58,570 bases of DNA from Chiloscyllium plagiosum (Eukaryota). The DNA is taken from NCBI RefSeq assembly GCF_004010195.1, contig NW_025215277.1, positions 24,224 through 82,793 of the forward strand. The letters run 5' to 3'. Positions 10,893 through 23,224 of the stretch are shown one piece after another (position 1 is the stretch's first letter; every line of letters starts with the position of its first letter). A model generated the notes under the pieces. That model saw only the letters and a program-made list of their open reading frames with translations, ran no database searches and was not told where the DNA came from. The position numbers and the translations under genes are program-made.

Positions 10893-12441
10893 CGGGCGGA
10901 GGGTATGAGAAGGTGAAGAAAGCCATCTGAAGTGCATATGAGCTTGTGCCAGAAGCCAACAGATAGTGTTTCAGGAATCTAAACTGGCGTCCCTGGTTAA
11001 ACGAGTTTGAAAAAATCAAACAAAGCAAGTTTGAAAGGTGGATAAGGGCATTAAAAACCTACGACACTCTTAAAGAGATTCCTATTTGGTAGAAGTTCAA
11101 AACTTTACTTCCTGCAGTCGTGAGAACTCGAGTGGAAGAGCAGAGAGTTAAACTGGCACGACTAGAAGCTGAAATGGCTAATGATTATCAATTGGTCCAT
11201 AAATCAAAGTTTGGCTTCTGGAAGGGATTGAGAAGAATGTGCGAGATCTTCTTAAAACATATACCTGAGAGTAAGGTTTACTGGCGTAGGCCAGGACTAG
11301 CAGATAAACAGGTTACAGCATTAAGAGGTGCAGAAGCATGTAATTCTTTTATGCTGAGACAAAAGGTGATATGTCATTCAGAGGGACTATTGGAGAGATG
11401 AGAAGTGCTCCATTATGTAACGTGTGGTTGGAGTGCCCGCTGAAACCATCAACAAAAATATTTCACAATTGGGAAGGAGGCCTTGAGCTTGGTGTTGGCG
11501 TTGCAACATTTCAGCATTTACATTGCCAATAACATGCCTGAGCAAAATCTATATACTGATCATAACTTTTACAAGTTTTTGGACAAATTTAGGGAGAATT
11601 CTTCCAGTCTGTTCAGATGGAGATTACTATTGTTGCCATTCAATTTGTAAGTTATACAGGTGACAGGACGGAAACTGTACTTGCTGCCAAGTTGTCGAGA
11701 CGTGGATGAAGAAAGACAGAGGTATTCTGTGGCAGGACTAAACTGACTGAAATAGAATGGAGTTGTGAATGTTTGCATGTTTAGTGTCAATATCATATAT
11801 ACGTATTGTAGTCTACTAATAGAGTAAGAATAAGAGGCTTAGAATAAAGCTACAGTTGTATCTTGGTGGTTCACGTTTTTTCAAAGGGGGAGGTTCGACG
11901 ATACTGTCACTTTAAAAAAATTATTTTCTCTTGGTCGATTTTGAAGACAGGTCTTAAAGGCAGTGATGCCGAACTGCCGCCTAAAAACGACTGGAGTAAA
12001 TAACTGAGGAGGCCTTTAGGTTTTATTAAAACGATGGGAACAATGAAAGGGCAGCGGCCAGCTCTCCCAGACCACGTTTTCTCAGTGGCTGCTTGGGGTC
12101 CAAGAGGGGTGGAAGTTTTATTACATGATCCCCAGCTGCTCTTCTCTCTGAGAACTGTTCTAATATTGCTACTTTCTGGATTGAAACGCTGTACATAAGA
12201 ATCTGTATTTGAGTTTATCTTTGTGCCAAGCGGTGTGTACCACGAAGGTACAGCATCTATTTTTGTGTGTTCCAACATATAAACTAACGCAATTGTTCTT
12301 TCCTTTCATTGAATTTTAGCTAAAGCGTTTGAAAAGATTATATTTTGCTTCAAATTTCATATCTACGTTTAAGATAAGGAAAAGTTTGGGCTGGAGCAAC
12401 CTTCTTAAAATATTTCACGGGGTTTCGTCTGATCCATAACT
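10893..12441 (+). mobile_element. Internally deleted Gypsy (Gmr1-like) LTR retrotransposon: gag, RNase H, PPT and 3' LTR
   Basis: YEKVKKAI*SAYELVPEA (SCAN-related capsid). HQQKYFTIGKEALSLVLALQHF..IYTDHN (RNase H) at the end of pol. Polypurine tract aaagggggagg at 11883-11893, then a ~550-bp LTR-like segment ending ccataac. Confidence 0.8.
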
Positions 12442-13029
12442 CAGGGGCTCCTGACTGGCTCCTGTAATTGAAAGGTTAGTGGAGGTACTGGGGATGTTTT
12501 GCTGGAGGTTGTTCTGTGACCCACCTCAGATATTCTGGGAGACCTGAGTATTTGCTGACCCAGCTATGGATGGAGCATGGGGACTGTAGTTACAGCATCT
12601 GGCTGTGTAACATGAACAAATGGAGCAGAGGCTACAGAGAGGGAAAGCTCTGAAACCACGGAGTGAATGTGGGGAAAGGGATTTGCTGCATCCACCCCGG
12701 GTTTTCCAGGAACAGCTTCCCAAGCCCCACTTAAACCAGGAGCAGAGTGTGAGGGGACCCTGTGAGCGATGTCCCCTCCTTCAACACTATCTGCAGCTTC
12801 ATACCGGGGGAGGACGGTGCTGTCAATGGCTGTTAGGGTCACCGTTGTATTCAGCTTCTATGATCCGGAATTTTCCAGGCAGGAGTGGGTGACATATCCA
12901 TCATCTCGCAGTTTGTTGACATCACTGGTAACGTTCTGTCAAACTGATTTAGACTGATTTATCAGGAGTCCCTGCTTCCTGTTTGATAACCAGTCGTCCC
13001 CATTCCTGTGTAACATATTCGAAGGGCTA

Positions 13030-14200
13030 AATAAGAACAAGGAACATCAGTCAGTAATCCAGCCCCTCGAGTCAGCTCCAACATTGAATACAATCATGGC
13101 TGATGTCATTGCAGCCCCTGTTCCACTTTCCTACCATCTCCATCGTGAAACTCTGGTCTCTTGTTGTCGATTGCAGCACATGGAAAAAAAATCAACTCCA
13201 CAAATACACATTCAATTACTTTTAGCATTTTACAGACGTTAATGAGATCTCCTTTCACTATTATAAACTTGAGAGTATAGGCCTGGACTGACCAATCTCT
13301 TTATAATACAAACCCGTCATCTCTGGAATCAACCTAATGAACCTCTTCTGAATTATCTCCAACGCAATTGCGTCCTTCCGCAAGTCAGGGCACACAAACT
13401 GTAACCAGTTACAGCCTCACTAATGTCTTGTATAGCTACAGCAACACTCCCTACCTTTCTACACTATCCTTTTACAAATAAAACCTGAAATTACGCTTGC
13501 CTTTCCGATTTTTTGCCGTACCTCGATGCAGGTTTTCTGTGATATACACGTGAACACAGAGACCCCTCTACACTTGAGCACTTTGAAGTTTCTCTCCATT
13601 TAGATAATAATTTGCCTTTCTATTTTGCTGACCAAATTGATAAATCTCATAGTTGTCCACTTTAATTTTCATTGCCAAATGTTAGCCCATTCACCCAACC
13701 TATCCATATTCACTTTGAAACCTCTTTCATCTTCATTCCGAAGTAATTTCCCACCGATGGCAGTGTCATCTGAAAAATTGGCTATAGTATTTTCTATCTT
13801 GTCAACCAAGTCATAATATTGATGACAAACAGTTAAGGCATGAGTACTGAAATCTGTGGCACCCAACAATTTACATTTGCCAAAAGAAAATGACACATTT
13901 ATTTCATCTGACTGCATTATGTTCGTGCACGAATCCTCCATCGAACCTAATGAATGACTTCAAAACCCATGTTGTCTGATCTTACTGTTTACACTTTGGA
14001 GTAGCGATATATCCAAACCCGTCTTGAAGACCAGGTATATTCCATCTTCAGGGTTCCCACGATCCACCTTGTTTGTGACATCTTTAAATAAATGAAGTAA
14101 ACAATTCACACACGATTTAGCCTTCGTAAAACCATGTTGACACTGTGGTTTAACTTTGCAAATGTTCTGAACAATGGATTCTGACAACTTGCCTCAACTT
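13030..14200 (-). mobile_element. Decayed CR1 LINE, RT to 3' end
   Basis: QHGFTKAKSC..DGIYLVFK and IANFSDDTAIGG..MDRLGEWANIWQ. Confidence 0.85.
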
Positions 14201-14264
14201 ACTATTGTTTATCGTTACAATTTAGTCACTAATGTATATAGTTATTATAAGTTCTTTACATTTT

Positions 14265-15050
14265 CTTTGAAATCCTGTTTAACAGGCACAAGGCTTCAAG
14301 AGATCTGCTCCAATTTCTGTGTAAGAGCCATGTGTAGCTCAATGGACTCATCATCCTGCTGGTGTACAAACTCGATGGACTAACGTCTTTCTGGTGTTGT
14401 CATGTTATTGTCTCCAAGGCCAGAATGACCTTCTCCCGTTGATATGTTAGAGGGTTCGGGGATTATGGAATCTTCCTGTTGCTGTGTAACAGCACGAGGA
14501 GCTGATGGGTCTTCTCATATTCCTCCATAACAGGCTGTAGAAACTGAACGGTCACCTCATGCATCCCTGAGATGGGACTGAAGGAGTGATTGGTATTTTC
14601 CTGTTCCCTTACAACAGACACATGTCTGACTTACCTCTCCCTTTCTCATAAAAAGTCTCAGATAGTTTGTATCCTTATCCAATTCACTTGCAATAGGCTC
14701 AGTAGGGCTCAATGGCCTCCTGTATCCCAGTGTAACAATCTCCAGTCACTGTGTGGCCTCTTCCAGTTCCTGTGTAACAGACTGAGGAGGCTGAATGGAC
14801 TGATTTTGCAATAGGATACTGGTCCGTTATCGCCTACTCAGGGTCCATGGTTATAGGCTCGAGGGGCTGATTGGTCTCCTCCGGTAACCGCATATCAGGC
14901 TCTAGGGTCTGAATAGCTTCGTCATGTTCTGGTGTAACAGTGTTGAAGGTCTGAATATCCTTCTGTTGTTCCTGTGTAACAGGCTGGAGAATGGCATGGA
15001 TTTCTCCATTATGTGTGTAATTGGCTTCTGTTGCTGACTCCTTCTGGTCA
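14265..15050 (+). repeat. Degenerate ~41-bp tandem array derived from the CR1 LINE 3' terminus
   Basis: Recurring variants of ctcctgttcctgtgtaacaggctcgaggggctgaatggc (e.g. 14475, 14690, 14762, 14855, 14965). Confidence 0.75.
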
Positions 15051-15844
15051 CCTATGCTGAAATAAGATCATCTTTCATTCTTGTAAATTCCAATGTGTAT
15101 TGGATCAACGTGACCATCCTTTCCGTATAAACTAACAGCTTCATGACACAAATCAGTTGAGGGAACCAACTCCGAACTGCTTCCAATGTAACAATATCCT
15201 TTCCTCAGTGAGGAGATTAAATCTGTACACACTACTCCAGATGTGAACTCATTAAGATCCTAGACAGCAGCAGCTACGCTTTACCAGCCTGCTGTAAGGT
15301 CAGAGCAGTCTCAGCTGTCGCAGGGATTACACAGCATTGTTGAAAGATCATTGTCCTTCTCCACTCCACCAGCATAACGGGAGATCTGGAGAAAAACTCA
15401 GAATAAAACTTGAGAAGATCATAGATGATGTAGAAGGATAATTTCTACCATTAGTCTCCCCAGAACCAACTTCACTGAATCCTGAAAGGTGGAGCTCAGA
15501 AACAGCAATGAAAAGCAAACATTGATGGGAGTTATATATTAAAGTGAAAGCTGCAATACAAATGTTAGGCTGTTATAAAGTAGGAAATGGTATATATACG
15601 TTTCTGAGTACTGCAGTAATAATTTACTGTTCAAATTACATCTAAGCTTTGTTAATCCAACTGAATGCTAATGCTGGGAAAAATGGATTTCATGAGCATG
15701 CGGGAGATGGCTTACATTAACATTATTTCGAGCACCGAGGTCGAGATCAGGTTATTTAGGAATTGGTGTTGGATGATCAGAATAGCTAATTGAAAACTTG
15801 CTGTAAGTGAACTTTTGGGAACAGTGACCGCAACTTTTGATCTG

Positions 15845-16110
15845 AGATTAGATTCTCTACAGTATGGAAATAAGCTCTTCGGGCCAAAAAGTCCACATCA
15901 TCCCTCCAAAGAGTAACTCACCCAGACCGGTTTCCCTCTGATTAATGCACCTACCGCTATTGGCAGTTTAGAATGGCCAATTCACTTGACCTGCACATCT
16001 TTGGACTATGGGAGGGAATCGGAGTCCCCGGAAGAAACTCACCCAGACACGGGGAGAATCTGCAAACTCCACACAGACAGTCACCCGCGACAGGAATAGC
16101 GGTCCCTGTT
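15845..16110 (-). mobile_element. HE1-type V-SINE (decayed)
   Basis: V-domain cacatctttggact.tgggagg..cccagacacggggagaa..tgcaaactccacacagac; tail attagatt. Confidence 0.85.
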
Positions 16111-16239
16111 AATGTTGGGCTGCAGTGCTCGACAGTGAAGCATGATGCTGCCTCTATTGGTTTCTGATGTTTGTGTATACAACAGATTTTGCTTTTTTGA
16201 AGTAACGGTTATGAATCTGAGTCATACAAGCCATTAAGG

Positions 16240-16720
16240 TGTGAGGAGAAAGTGGGGACTGCAGATGTTGGAGATCAGACTCGAAGAATGTTCTGCTGGA
16301 AAATCACAGCTGGTCCGGCAGCATATTAGTGGCATGGACGTCAACTTGTGGATCGTTTCAGAGACCATCTCTGGTACAGCCACACTGACCAACCCCACCA
16401 CCTTGTGGGTAAACACTTTAATTCCCCTTCCCACTCCAACAAGGACATGCAGATCCTGGGCGTCCTCCATCGTCAAACCCTAACCACCTGAGTAATTGAG
16501 TAAGAACGCCTCATTGTCCGCCATGAGACCCTTCAACCACAGGGGATCAATGTGGATTTCACCAGTTTCCCCATTTCCCCAAACCCCACGTTATCCCAGT
16601 CTAACCTTCCAACTCAGCACCACCATCTAGAATGTTCCTATGTGTCAATCTTACTTCCCACCTCCCACCTATCCACTCCATCCTCCTCTCTGACCGATCA
16701 CTTTCACCCCCCATCTACAT
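16240..16720 (+). mobile_element. Penelope-like element 3' fragment with inverted terminal piece
   Basis: ggagaaagtggggactgcagatg terminus followed by HFNSPSHSNKDMQILG..LQPQGINVDFTSF. Confidence 0.8.
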
Positions 16721-17705
16721 ATTAGATCAAAGGAAGCAGCTTAGAAAAATGCGAAGTGTAGTCGTAAACCAATGGATTCAGAGAAATGTAGGACCCAGCA
16801 AAGGAGGACCAAGAAACTGAGAAAGAAATCAAAAAGAGAAAAAGCATGCAAACCAAAAACAACGTAAAAACTGCTATAAAGCTTCTAACAATGTATGAAA
16901 CAAAAATAAAAACACGATCAAACGTGGAACAGTGAGTGTGATGACAGAGTAATTTATTGTAAAGGACAGAAAAATCGCAGGGAAAAGAAACCGTTTATTT
17001 GTGTCTGTCTTCATGGAAAAATATCCAGAAATTCTCCCAGAAATCCCAAAGTGACCATGGGACTTGTGTAAGTAAAGTCTAAGATCATTCATATCAGTGA
17101 TGAGGTAGCATTTGAAAAGAGAGCTGGATTGAGTGTTGATAAATCTGACAGGCCAGATTGACTTCATACAAAAGTTTCAGTGGAAGCAGCAATAGTCATA
17201 TTGATTGCATTACGGATTTTCACGTTATTTTCCGACACATTCCTGAAAGGTAGGTAGCCATTAGGGATAAGGGATAAAGGGCGGTTATAAATATTATCCG
17301 CCAGTTTAAGAAAGGATGAAGATGGAGAGTGGTGATCGACAGACCAGTTAACTTGTCATCCGCAGTCGGGTGCCTGTTGGACTCAATCAGAAAGAACATG
17401 CTACTAGATATATAGAATGTAATGGCAAAACTGGGGAGTGTGATAATGCATCGATGAAAAGAAAACCATAAGTCGCAAACAATTTTTTGAAATGGTTTGA
17501 AGATAATTCTTATCGACATCAGCAATGCAGAACCAATGGATAACGTATAGTTCGATAGTCAGTGCGCGATATTCAGGAGCATTTTTTTAAGAACTTACAT
17601 ACTAATATCATAACAAAAGTTAAAGCGAAAGTTGTTGGTCAGAACATATACAAATGGGAAAGTAAAATTAGGTTGCTGAGACAAAACTGAGAGTACTGCT
17701 CAGTA

Positions 17706-17826
17706 TTTTGCCGTTCCTCTGTACTCAGTATATTCTCTTTTAGATGGGGACTCCACAGCAGTATTGTGTACTCCTGTGGAGTCCCCATCTAAAAGAGAAT
17801 ATACTGCGTACAGAGGAACTGCAAAA
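17706..17826. repeat. Near-perfect inverted repeat: 58-bp arms, 5-nt loop, 3 mismatches
   Basis: Arm 1 at 17706-17763 is the reverse complement of arm 2 at 17769-17826. Confidence 0.95.
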
Positions 17827-18651
17827 GTCATTTTCCAGATTAATCCCTAAAATGGCAAGATTGTCTGACTGGGAAACTCAGCCTGTGATCTCTAATTTCA
17901 AATAATGAGAGGTAATCGTGGTGAATATTAGAAACATAGAGGGGACGGAATAACAGAGGATCATGGAAAACTGCAAGCAGGCGCGATTAGGGAGAATCCC
18001 ATGTAGTCTCCACGGACAACAAGTAGAACAGAATAATCAGTGAACAGTTAGTGTTCATCAGAAATCAAGGGGGCAATCTGTGTGTGAAGCTGGAGAACAC
18101 TGAGAGGTGGTGACATGAGAGCTTCACATCTGTTTTACTTGGGAGAAGGAGCAGGCAGCTACAGAATTAGAGAAGGTGGATGGGGAAGTTCTTGAACAGA
18201 TTGATGTAAAATGAGAGCAGGAATTTGAGGCTTTAGCTGGTAGAAAGCTAGACTGATTGCCAGGTCCGAATGAGTTGTAACAGGCTGCTGTGGAGTCAAG
18301 GGAGGAAAGACCCTGAATGAAAAATTGAATTTGAATCTGACCATAGGGAAGGTGCCAGAGGACTGGAGAACCGCTAATTCAATTCCATTTCACAGTAAAG
18401 ATTGTAGAGATAGACCAGGGAACTATAGACAAGCAAGTATTAGATCACTGTTAGGGAAATTACTGGAGAAAATAGGGAAGGAGAAAATTGAATTCCTATC
18501 AGAGTGGCAAGGCTTGGTCAGGGATAATCATCATGACTTCATTAGAGGTAAGTCACATCTAATTAATTTAAATTAGTTTGAGGAGGCCGCTTAATTAGTT
18601 TTGCAGCAAGGTCTTTGACAAAGTTCCACATGTCAAAGTGACAAATAATGT

Positions 18652-19474
18652 NNNNNNNNNNNNNNNNNNNNNNNNNNNNNNNNNNNNNNNNNNNNNNNNN
18701 NNNNNNNNNNNNNNNNNNNNNNNNNNNNNNNNNNNNNNNNNNNNNNNNNNNNNNNNNNNNNNNNNNNNNNNNNNNNNNNNNNNNNNNNNNNNNNNNNNNN
18801 NNNNNNNNNNNNNNNNNNNNNNNNNNNNNNNNNNNNNNNNNNNNNNNNNNNNNNNNNNNNNNNNNNNNNNNNNNNNNNNNNNNNNNNNNNNNNNNNNNNN
18901 NNNNNNNNNNNNNNNNNNNNNNNNNNNNNNNNNNNNNNNNNNNNNNNNNNNNNNNNNNNNNNNNNNNNNNNNNNNNNNNNNNNNNNNNNNNNNNNNNNNN
19001 NNNNNNNNNNNNNNNNNNNNNNNNNNNNNNNNNNNNNNNNNNNNNNNNNNNNNNNNNNNNNNNNNNNNNNNNNNNNNNNNNNNNNNNNNNNNNNNNNNNN
19101 NNNNNNNNNNNNNNNNNNNNNNNNNNNNNNNNNNNNNNNNNNNNNNNNNNNNNNNNNNNNNNNNNNNNNNNNNNNNNNNNNNNNNNNNNNNNNNNNNNNN
19201 NNNNNNNNNNNNNNNNNNNNNNNNNNNNNNNNNNNNNNNNNNNNNNNNNNNNNNNNNNNNNNNNNNNNNNNNNNNNNNNNNNNNNNNNNNNNNNNNNNNN
19301 NNNNNNNNNNNNNNNNNNNNNNNNNNNNNNNNNNNNNNNNNNNNNNNNNNNNNNNNNNNNNNNNNNNNNNNNNNNNNNNNNNNNNNNNNNNNNNNNNNNN
19401 NNNNNNNNNNNNNNNNNNNNNNNNNNNNNNNNNNNNNNNNNNNNNNNNNNNNNNNNNNNNNNNNNNNNNNNNNN
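18652..19474. other. Assembly gap (N run)
   Basis: Run of n, flanked on both sides by collinear CR1 RT sequence. Confidence 1.
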
Positions 19475-20769
19475 GACTCAATGAATGGCAGCACACGAGG
19501 AAGCTTAGATGGTGGCCCTGCATGCATCCCTGAATGGGAGTGGACAGGGTAATAGGTTAGTTAAGAAGTGGACCTTGGATGTATCATTCATTAATCGGGG
19601 CGTAGATTGTAAGAGCTTTGGTTCGGCCAAGGTGGAGTACTGTGTGCAATTCTGGGAACTACATTACAGGTAGGACCTGAGGGGGTGTAGAGGAGATTCA
19701 CCAGGAGGTTCCCTGGGATGGAGCATATCAGCTTTGGAGAAAGGCTGGGTAAGATCGGGCTGTTTAGTTTGGAGCACAGAAGGCTGAGGGGGATGTGATT
19801 CAGAAGGATAAGATTATGAGGGGCATGGACAGCGTGGATAGACAGCAGCTATTCCTTTTAGTCAGAGGGTCAAGAGCGAGGGAGCACGCTTTTAAAGTGA
19901 AGGGTTTGAAGTTTAGTGAGAACTTAAAGATTGTTTTTTTTCACCAGGAGGGTGTTGGGGTCAGTAATTTACTTCCCGAGAAGAGAGTTATCACGGGTAT
20001 CCTCACAACAATTAAAAAGTGCTCGAACGAGCACTTGTAAGTGTAATAACATTCCCGACTATGGGCCTGGCGTAGATCGTGCTGTATTTCTGATAGCACA
20101 AAATATATACTCCTGTGAGTGTATGGCTGTGCAAGGTCAATCATTGAGCAGCTAAGGCAGGAATTGATAGATTTCTGAAAAGTATATTCACAAGGGTTAT
20201 ACGAGTGAAATGTAATAGCTCGTCAAATTATGTCAATGTGAGAAATATCAGAAAACGAGTGCAACTTCCTAAAAATGTGAAATCAGAGAATGGAGAATGG
20301 GGAACAGGTCAGAACTATGTCAGAACTATGAAATAGCTACTTCAGTTCTGTTTTCACAGAACTTTCTAACAATACAAGGAAAACCAAGTCTGGTATGGAA
20401 AACTATATAGTACATGTAACATAGAACATAGTAAGTGAATGGTTTAGGAGAAATTATTGGGGCTGAAGTAATGGTTGTAGACAACACTAACATAGATTTA
20501 TGAAATGGGAATTACTTTGGAGAAGCAGACTGAGAGACAAATGAAAGAGAAGCAATGGACGTAAAATATTTGGATTTTCAGAAAAAGATTTTTTGGTAAA
20601 GCTCCAAGCCTAGTTTAGAAAATTAAATCTGAGTGGATTGGGGCGAATATATGGCCATGTTTCTAGAATGGGACAGCTGGCAGGAAACAGTGAATTGAAA
20701 TAAACAGACTCATCAAGCAACAGCCTGACAATATCTGTAAGGTATGATTCTGTAAGTATGATTATATCC

Positions 20770-23205
20770 CAGACACTCCATCACCTTCCCCGGATATCTC
20801 CCAACTCACCAGTAGGACAGACACAGCAGAAATGGCGGTACAGTGGGATACAGTTGGAATGGAATTGCTCTGGGAGTCCTCAACAATGACTCCGTATCCC
20901 ACAAAGTCTCATGGCGTTAGTTTACACATTGGAAAGGAAACCTCATGCTGATTAACATGTACCAGCCTCTCCAAACTGATGAGTCAGTACTCCTCCATGC
21001 TGACCAACTCTTGGAGGAAGCACTAAGGGTGGCAATGGCGCAAAATGTACTCTGTGTGGGAGATTTCAATGTCCACCCACCAAGAGTGACTCGGCAGCAG
21101 CATTACTGATCGAACTGGTCAGTTCCTAAAGGATATAACTGCGAGACTGGGTCTGTGGCACTTGGTGAAGGAACCAACAAGAGGAAAATACATACTTGAC
21201 CACATCCTTACTTATCTGCCAGTTGCAGAAGAATCTGCACATGACAGTATCGGGAAGAGTGACTACCGCAGAGTCATTACAGAGACAAAGTCACACTTTC
21301 ACATTGAGAATAACCTCCAACATTTTGAGTGGCACTATCACGGTGCTAAATGAGACAGACTTAAACAGATCTAGGGGCTCAAGTCTGGCTTTCCATAAGA
21401 TGCTATGGGTTAGCAATAGCAGCAGAATTGTACCCCCGCACAACCTCATGGCCTGGCATACCCCCTTACAACAATTACCATCAAGCCAGAGAGTCAACCC
21501 TGGATCAAAAGAGCGTGCAGGAGGGCAGAAGCAGCACTAGACATTCCTGAAAAAGAGGTGTCAGCCTGGTGAAGCCACGAACCAGGACTACTCACGTGCC
21601 AATTGGCATAAGCAGTAACTGAAATTCAGAGATAAGTGATCCCACAAGCAACGGTTCAGATCTAAGCTCTGCAGTCCTTCTACTTCTAGTTGAGAACAGT
21701 TATGGACAATTAAACAAGTCATTGGAGGAGGAGATTCTACAAGTATCTCCATCATTAATTTGGAAGAACCCAGCACTTCAGTGTAGAAGATAAAGCTAAT
21801 GCATTCGCAACAACCTTCAGTCAAAATGCTGAGTGGGTGACCCATCTCAGCCTCCTCTAATGGTCCTCAGCAATTCAGTTGCCGGTCATCAGCCAATTTC
21901 ATTCACTCCACGTGAAACCATTGGATACTCCAAAGGAGACTCATGCTGACAACAGTACTGGAAACTTGTGCTGTCGAACTTGTCACTGCCCGAGCTAAGC
22001 TGTTCCAATATCATTACGACAACGACATTTCCCCGATTAAGATTAGATTAGATTACATTACAGTGTGGAAACAGGCCCTTCGCCCTGCCGAAGCGCAACC
22101 CACCGATGCCCCTACATTTACCCCTTATCTAACACTACGGACAATTTACCATGGACAATTCACCTGAGCTGCACATCTTTGGACTGTGGAAGGAAACCTG
22201 AGCACCCGGAGGAAACCCACACAGACACGGGGAGAACGTGCAAACTCCACACAGTCAGTCGCCTGAGGCGGGAATTGAACCCGGGTCTCTGGCGCTGTGA
22301 GGCAGCAATGTTAACCATTGTGCCACCGTGCCGCCCACAGTGGTTAAGTGGAAAATTATCCAAGTACCTCCTATACATAAAAAGCAGGACAAATCCAATT
22401 TGGCCAATTACCACCCCATCAGTCTACTCTCGATCATCAGTAAAGTGATGGAAGGAGTCTGTGCTTTCAAGCAGGACCTGCTCAGGAATAACCTGGTCAA
22501 CGACGCCCAGTTTGGGCTCCACCAGGGTCACTCAGCTCCTGACCTCATTACCTTGGTTCAAACCTCATTTCCTTGAACAAAAGAGCTGAATTCCAGAGGT
22601 TGAATGAGAGTGACAGCCCTTAAAAACAAGATTGCCTCCAACCAAGTGTGTCATCAAGGGGTGTTAGCAAAACTGGAATCAATGGGAGCCAGCTAAAATC
22701 TCCCCGCGGGTTATAATCATACGTGACACGAAGGATGATTGAAAAAAGTGAGTCAACTCAGCTCCAGGACAAGTCTGTAGGAGTCCCTCGGACAGTGGCC
22801 TAGGCCCAAACATCTTCAGGGCTGCTTCATCAATGACCTGCCCTCTATTATAAGGTCAGAAGTGGGGATGTTCGCCAATGATTGCACAATGTTCAGCAAC
22901 ATTTGTGGCTCCTCAGATACTGAAGCAGGTCATGTCCAAATGCAACAGGATCTGGACAGTATCCAGGCTGACAAGTGGCAAGTAATATTCACGACACACA
23001 AAAGCCAGACCGTGACCATCACCACTAAAATACAATCTAACCACTGCCCATTGGCATTCAATGGTGGTGCCATTGCTGAATCCACAGTGGGCTGCAGCGG
23101 TTCAACAAGGCAGCTCACCACGACCTTCTCAAGGGCAACAACGGACAGGCAATAAATGCTGGCCCAGCCAGTCACACCCAGATCCACGACATAAATGAAT
23201 TGAAA
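20770..23205 (+). mobile_element. LINE of a second CR1/L2-group family, near-complete decayed ORF2, interrupted by a SINE
   Basis: NVLCVGDFNVH, VKEPTRGKYILDHILT, NLANYHPISLLSIISKVMEG, QFG and GMFANDCT; 3' tail ataaatgaattgaaaaa. Confidence 0.9.
22037..22336 (-). mobile_element. HE1 V-SINE, near full length
   Basis: tRNA-like head gggcggcacggtggcacaatggttaacattgctgcctcacagcgccagagacccgggttcaattcc (A and B boxes), V-domain, and (taatc)n tail. Confidence 0.95.
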
Positions 23206-23224
23206 AACAACATTTTTTTCACAG

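Larger units (their letters stand above)
16730..20200 (+). mobile_element. Cluster of decayed CR1 LINE ORF2 fragments spanning the second gap
   Basis: GKVPEDWRTAN..PGNYRQ..LGKLLEKI and DFSKVFDKVPH before the gap; EYCVQFW and the 3' region after it. Confidence 0.85.

Noticed and set aside
18595..19552. ORFs across the second gap, and the gap as a hiding place for the missing GPCR exon 2
   Set aside because: The ORFs are X runs. Both flanks are collinear CR1 RT, so the gap most simply contains LINE sequence, though this cannot be fully excluded.
22260..22336. tRNA-like sequence with A and B boxes
   Set aside because: It is the head of an HE1 SINE, continuous with the V-domain and tail, and not a tRNA gene.
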